DNA of 64,000 nucleotides, taken from the NCBI GenBank assembly GCA_039715015.1, contig JBDLIE010000006.1, forward strand, positions 1 through 64,000, in the 5' to 3' direction. Made by a program: the position numbers and the translations under genes. This document shows positions 59,074-64,000 of the stretch, one piece after another. The notes under the pieces are model-generated. The model worked only from the letters and a program-made list of their open reading frames with translations. It had not been told where the DNA came from and did not search any database. Numbering within the stretch: position 1 is the stretch's first letter; the number at the start of each line of letters is the position of its first letter. Source of the DNA: Thermodesulfobacteriota bacterium. Its GTDB lineage: Bacteria; Desulfobacterota; Desulfobulbia; Desulfobulbales; SURF-16.

Positions 59074-59710
59074 GGGTCTCCAAGGCCGTATCATGCCTGC
59101 TTCCTAAAAGGATCAGGCTGGCAAGGGCACCAAGCAAGGCCAAGAACATATCCCACTGGGTATCCCAGGCATCTCCCTGGCTACCCAGGAAATCCTGGGA
59201 CAGATTGTCATACAGGAGGGCAACCCACCACTCGACAAGTTCGTAAAAAGCGCTGAAGGATAAACAGACGCAAAGAACGAGATAAAAGAGCCATTTCCCC
59301 GGCACCAGCGGTGAGCGGCGCAGAAGAATTTCCCGGGCCAGAATAGCGGGAACGAATCCCTGGGCAATATGGCCAAGCCGATCATAATGATTGCGGCTGA
59401 GATCAAAGAGGTCCTGAACCCAGAACCCAAGGGGCACCCGGGCATAGGCGTAGTGGGCCCCGAGAACGAGAATCAGGGCATGGAGGGCCAGGAGGCGATA
59501 GAGCAGCATGGTAAGTGGAAAAGAACTGCGGGTTGCCACCAGCAAAACAGCACCAATTATCACCGGCGAAACCTCAAGAATCCAGATCTGAAAGCTAAAT
59601 GGCCTTACTGCCGACAGCATAAAGGCAAAGGCCACAACAGCAAACAAGATGCCTGGTTCCCAAGACCTGAAAAGCGTCAAATATCTGGGCTGGCTAAGAT
59701 CTTTCACCAT
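59039..59710 (-). CDS. DUF2238 (YjdF-like) inner membrane protein
   Basis: GAHYAYARVP, RNHYDRLGH..QG, YELVEW, FLGSQGD.WD.QWDM. Confidence 0.88.
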   Translation of the reverse strand: MVKDLSQPRYLTLFRSWEPGILFAVVAFAFMLSAVRPFSFQIWILEVSPVIIGAVLLVATRSSFPLTMLLYRLLALHALILVLGAHYAYARVPLGFWVQDLFDLSRNHYDRLGHIAQGFVPAILAREILLRRSPLVPGKWLFYLVLCVCLSFSAFYELVEWWVALLYDNLSQDFLGSQGDAWDTQWDMFLALLGALASLILLGSRHDTALETLIGKREVQEAA

Positions 59711-60105
59711 TTCTTATCTAACTCCATTTTTTGAGCCAAAATAACATAAAAGCAGGGACAGTTGGCACCGCAACAATCATCCTACTTTAACTCATTATTA
59801 AGGCTCTGGTTTCAAATATTATCCGGAGTCTCTCTCCAGTTACCCTTTCAGCCAAAAGATCTCGAAACAACCAGATCAGTTTTTGACCACCTCTCCACCA
59901 GAAAATGATGCGTTTTTATTGTCTCTCCAGGTAGATAATAAACTATTTTTCTTTCATATCAGCACATTACCATCTGCAGGCCGTGTGGCTTTATTTTTGC
60001 TATTACACCCTATGAAGGTTTTCAGAACAAATTTTTATAACAGCATAGACCCCAACAGCCCTGAAGGCTTAGCGGTTATGCCCAACACCATGTCCATCTG
60101 AGTTC

Positions 60106-60850
60106 ATGAAAAAGAAAGATGAGCGCCGCCACTTCACCAGAATGCCTTTCAACCTCAGTTTACGACTACGTGAAAGCAAGAGCAACCTCACCTTTCCAGC
60201 CATAACTACTGACATACATGCCGCAGGCATCCAGATAGAAACGGATGCCCCTATATCCCCCTCCATGGATATTGAGTTATGGCCTGAAGATTATGGGCTT
60301 GATGGCCATTATGCCCATGGCGAAGTTTGCTGGGTCAAACCTCCGGCCAACGGCACTAAAAAACATCGCTGCGGCGTGAGCTTTAAACGCCATATTGACT
60401 GGCCCATTCCCCTGCAAGTTTTGACAGATAGATACTCTACCTATAAGGGCGACACAGCCCCTGCCAAATTCACCCTCGACAGTATCGTCGACGGCATCTT
60501 TACCGTTGACCAGAACAGAAGAATCACCTCCTTACGAAAAAACGTGACGTATGGGGTGTTTCCGAGGAGGCGTTAGGCATCCTCATGACCTATGATTTCC
60601 CCGGGAACATCAGGGAGTTACAAAATATCGTCGAGTATGCCTCCATTCTCTGCCTAAGCGGTATGATCCAGAGCCAGCACCTTCCCCCGCCCTTATTGCC
60701 GATCAATAGGGGCACAGCACGCCCCAGTTCCTCACAAAAAATACTGGTAATCCGACACCCGTTAGTGTTTTGTAAAGTAATGGTTTTTTTTTGCAAAGTC
60801 CTAAGGAGACCTTAAGCAGCAAAGGCGGGCATTTCAGCAAAAACTGCTGA
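60106..60850 (+). pseudogene. relic of a PilZ-PAS-sigma-54 activator with an internal deletion; the PilZ ORF 60106-60576 is still open
   Basis: ERRHFTR and DIHAAG PilZ motifs; LDSIVDGIFTVD..RRITS PAS start, then a stop; YDFPGNIRELQNIVEYA..C...HLP AAA+ end in another frame; 3' boundary approximate. Confidence 0.75.
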
Positions 60851-60925
60851 TATCTTTCACCTGCTGGCACCAGCAATCCAGAGACATGTTTTGAGATAAT
60901 TCCACGAAACGCAAAGGGAGCCCAT

Positions 60926-62098
60926 ATGCCACGCCAAGACAGGTTTGATGATGACCAAAAAGAGTTTAGCGACAGCAACAAATCGCCCGACATCTGGTAC
61001 AAGCTGCGCTCTGCCGGAGGAATAGCCACCGCTGTCATGGTTGCCGTTATTGGCTCCATTGGCTCTTGCGTCATGAATAAGCAACAGACCCTTTCGACGC
61101 GCGCTCAACTTTACACCGAGCTCATGAGCCAGCGGGAAAACGCTGAAAGCGCAGTCCGCAAAGACATGTTTCAACAAATTCTTTCTTCTTTCCTTACAAA
61201 ACAAACCGGCTCTGAGTGCATAATTGACCAAATAGATGCAGAGCTACTCCGCCTTGAGTTGCTGTCGAGAAACTTCCATGAAATGCTCGACATGGAACCG
61301 CTTTTCTTACACGTGCTGCTTAAAATCGTCCGAGAAATCCCGCCACTGAAAGAACCCTCCCCTCCCTCCCCCCAAGACAACAAAGAAGAGCAATTGATGC
61401 CTTCCCGGCAAGACCGACTTTATGGTCTCTGGAAGCGAACCTCACGTAGTCTCTGGCGACAAATCCCAGATGACAAGAGAAAGGAGAAATTCAATGTCGA
61501 GACAGACATGATGAACTGGGCAGACTTTAAGAAAACCATGAGGCAAAAGAGACTTGAACGTCTCATGAAAATCGCCAAACGTATCACCAAAAAACAAATT
61601 GAAAGTCTAAGCAGTGTCCAAATGAGGCAAAGACTCATCATTGATTTATCCAAGACCAACCAGAACGTGCGTCCCAACGAAGAACTGGGCAAAGAAGGGG
61701 ACAAAAAAGAAGGGCGGAACACCTCAGAGTTCACCATGAAAATAGAGGGTGCCACGCGTGCCTTCACGGTATCAGTAGACCACTCTTACCCCGATTGGAA
61801 TCAGGTCAGAGTGAAGGTTGAAGTCAAAAAAACAAAAAATGAGAAGAAAGCTGACCAAAACGGTAAAGACGTCCATACTGCAGAATTCTGGCTGGGTTAT
61901 TTTGATTTCCCCCTGGCGGAAAACACCTTCCTTTCAGGCAAAGAGAGATATGCTGTGGTCCTGGACAAGATTGATCGTACCAAACAAGAAGCGCATCTCT
62001 CCCTGCTCTATTTCCCCGCCTCCTATGCCGGACTGAAAGAAAAATCATTTTACCAACAAAAACTTATCAGCACTCTCTTAGAACAAAAAAGCTTTTGA
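60926..62098 (+). CDS. hypothetical protein with an N-terminal TM helix
   Basis: 390-aa ORF; GGGAG SD; no family recognised. Confidence 0.8.
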   Translation: MPRQDRFDDDQKEFSDSNKSPDIWYKLRSAGGIATAVMVAVIGSIGSCVMNKQQTLSTRAQLYTELMSQRENAESAVRKDMFQQILSSFLTKQTGSECIIDQIDAELLRLELLSRNFHEMLDMEPLFLHVLLKIVREIPPLKEPSPPSPQDNKEEQLMPSRQDRLYGLWKRTSRSLWRQIPDDKRKEKFNVETDMMNWADFKKTMRQKRLERLMKIAKRITKKQIESLSSVQMRQRLIIDLSKTNQNVRPNEELGKEGDKKEGRNTSEFTMKIEGATRAFTVSVDHSYPDWNQVRVKVEVKKTKNEKKADQNGKDVHTAEFWLGYFDFPLAENTFLSGKERYAVVLDKIDRTKQEAHLSLLYFPASYAGLKEKSFYQQKLISTLLEQKSF

Positions 62099-62209
62099 CT
62101 AAAATTACCCCTGCCTCTTGCAATTCGGCACAATCGTTATGGATATAACGTTGACAGAACAATAGGACAAACGACAAGCCCCACCACCCACCCAAGGAGG
62201 TCGAAAACC

Positions 62210-63247
62210 ATGAAAAAACGAATTGTAATATGTGCTGATGGCACCTGGAACAAACCTGAAAAAGACTTAAAAGAAGACTTCCCCACCAATGTCCTTTGCC
62301 TCGCACGGGCAATTAGACCTTTGGGGGGCGACCACACTCCCCAACAGGTGTTCTATGACTGGGGAGTGGGATCTTATTACGATCCAGTTATCGGTGGCGC
62401 AACAGGGAAAGGCGTCCATAAAAACATCATGGACGATTACCGTTATATCGTTCAAAACTATTCACCAGGAGATGAAATATATTTGTTCGGCTTCAGCCGT
62501 GGGGCCTATACAATCCGTAGTCTCTGTGGCCTTATCAACAACTGTGGAATCTTAAAACGACCTGATGCCAACCTGATACAAATGGCTTTCAATCATTACA
62601 AAAAAACGGGTAGAAATTGTGCCCCAGAAGGTCAACACTCCCTGAAATTCCGTGAAAACCATTCACATCCATCACGCGACATCACCTTTGTTGGTGTCTG
62701 GGATACCGTTGGCGCAATGGGGATCCCAAGCTCATTCCTTGGGTTGTTCGACGACAAGGACGAATTTTATGACGCAAAACTCGGTCCAAATATCCGTATA
62801 GCAAGACATGCTTTGGCGATTGATGAACATCGCAGCGACTTTGAACCAACTATTTGGACCCCGAGGGCAAATATTGATCTCAAACAGGTTTGGTTTGCAG
62901 GTGCTCATTGTGACATTGGTGGAAGCTACAAACCAGACAAGGATGGATCTGTCCTTTCTGACAACTCATTAAGCTGGATGATCAGTGAAGCAGAAATTTC
63001 AGGACTCTCAATAGAGTCGCATCTACCTCAATCCTTAAAAAAGAGCCCAACAGCCACACTGCATAACTCAAGACGCAGCTTTTACAGGGTCAAGAAAAAA
63101 TACCTTAGAAAAATTGCCCATGATAACGGCAAGGTGTTCATCCACGAATCTGTAAAAAGACGTTGGGAGAAAGACTTAAAATATCGGCCTGCAAATTTAG
63201 TCGAATATATTGAAGAGCATGGCTGGCCAGATGACCTTGTGTCGTAA
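62210..63247 (+). CDS. DUF2235 alpha/beta hydrolase (Tle1-like catalytic domain)
   Basis: CADGTWN, PTNV, FGFSRGAY, VGVWDTV, HALAIDE.R..F, WFAGAHCDIGG; AAGGAGG SD. Confidence 0.92.
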   Translation: MKKRIVICADGTWNKPEKDLKEDFPTNVLCLARAIRPLGGDHTPQQVFYDWGVGSYYDPVIGGATGKGVHKNIMDDYRYIVQNYSPGDEIYLFGFSRGAYTIRSLCGLINNCGILKRPDANLIQMAFNHYKKTGRNCAPEGQHSLKFRENHSHPSRDITFVGVWDTVGAMGIPSSFLGLFDDKDEFYDAKLGPNIRIARHALAIDEHRSDFEPTIWTPRANIDLKQVWFAGAHCDIGGSYKPDKDGSVLSDNSLSWMISEAEISGLSIESHLPQSLKKSPTATLHNSRRSFYRVKKKYLRKIAHDNGKVFIHESVKRRWEKDLKYRPANLVEYIEEHGWPDDLVS

Positions 63248-63276
63248 CTACTCTAAAAACTGTCCGAGGGACTTCC

Positions 63277-63999
63277 CTACCTCGCCAAGAAAGCCTCGCA
63301 CATCTCGCCGGCCTCGTCAAACTTACAGGCCAGGGTGTCCGGGTCGTGATAAAAAAGAAACCAGGCGTCCTTGGCTTTGGCCTGGGCCAGGATCTTCTCC
63401 TTGGCAGCCACCGAGTCCAGAGGGAAGTTGTCATAGGCTGTGATCCACAGCGGATTGGTAAAGGCCGTGTTGGGCAGCAGATCGCCGCAATGGAGGGCGG
63501 TCTCCTGCCCTGAGGTCAGCCAGACCAGCTGATGGCCGCGGGTATGGCCGCCGGTGAGCACGCAGCGTACGCCGGGCAGGATTTCGGCCTCGCCATCAAT
63601 GAGGTTCAGATTTCTGCCCTCTTCCAGGCCCTGAAAATTCACAGGCCAATAGGTGCTGTCCGAGCGCCGGTTGGGATGGCAGACATCCCACCACTCCTTG
63701 CTCTGGATGTGGTGCATGGCGGCCGGAAAAGTGAGTTCCACCTCGCCCTGATCGTTATGCATGGTGATGCCGCCGGCATGGTCGAAATCACAGTGGGTAA
63801 GAATGACATGGTGGACATCCGCACGGTTTAAGCCCAAGCGCCCAAGCTCGGCCGGAATATCCCACTCCTTACCGAGACGAAAGATCTTTTTCTGCTTGTC
63901 GCTCAGCTTGTTGCCGAGCCCCGTCTCAATGAGGACATTGCCCTCCGGGGTTCGCACCAGAATGGCCGAATCGGCCAGGGTCACATAATTGTCGGCATT
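63277..63999 (-). CDS. MBL-fold metallo-hydrolase (YtnP-like), 5' end outside the window
   Basis: LIETG.G, THCDFDHAGG, TGGHTRGHQ, GDLLP, YHD; frame open to the window edge. Confidence 0.88.
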   Translation of the reverse strand, partial: NADNYVTLADSAILVRTPEGNVLIETGLGNKLSDKQKKIFRLGKEWDIPAELGRLGLNRADVHHVILTHCDFDHAGGITMHNDQGEVELTFPAAMHHIQSKEWWDVCHPNRRSDSTYWPVNFQGLEEGRNLNLIDGEAEILPGVRCVLTGGHTRGHQLVWLTSGQETALHCGDLLPNTAFTNPLWITAYDNFPLDSVAAKEKILAQAKAKDAWFLFYHDPDTLACKFDEAGEMCEAFLAR

Positions 64000-64000
64000 G

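Noticed and set aside
1..64000. CRISPR arrays, tRNA and rRNA genes
   Set aside because: No regularly spaced direct repeats, cloverleaf signatures or rRNA conserved blocks were recognised by eye.

Overview
About 50% GC bacterial chromosome segment. Its gene content (Rnf complex with ApbE, two octaheme cytochromes c, an HdrC/MvhD/MetV module, a split three-gene glutamate synthase, several sigma-54 systems) suggests an anaerobic Desulfobacterota member, probably Desulfobulbales-like; this is an inference. Main contents: redox/stress genes (trxC, tpx), an HAO-family octaheme cytochrome behind an FNR-type box, metY-metX-metW, nadA, a glutamate synthase operon interrupted by a four-helix-bundle gene, rnfCDGEAB-apbE, two tandem diguanylate cyclases, aat, three MTHFR-related genes, purF, kdsD, yedF, mscS, a Ser/Thr kinase, an OTR-family octaheme cytochrome with a sigma-54 promoter and divergent activator, an NrtR-SPFH-NAD kinase-like-ADP-ribosylglycohydrolase operon with two operators, a Zra-like two-component locus, arsC, two gene relics and a DUF2235 hydrolase. 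No rRNA, tRNA, CRISPR array or transposase was recognised. The most striking unexplained structure is the four-helix-bundle (23S rRNA IVS/Avd-like) gene, which is enclosed by a perfect 24-bp inverted repeat built from tandem 7-mers and sits inside a protein-coding operon; a possibly analogous ORF-less repeat hairpin lies at about 45.2 kb. All calls come from motif reading by eye; no database searches were run.
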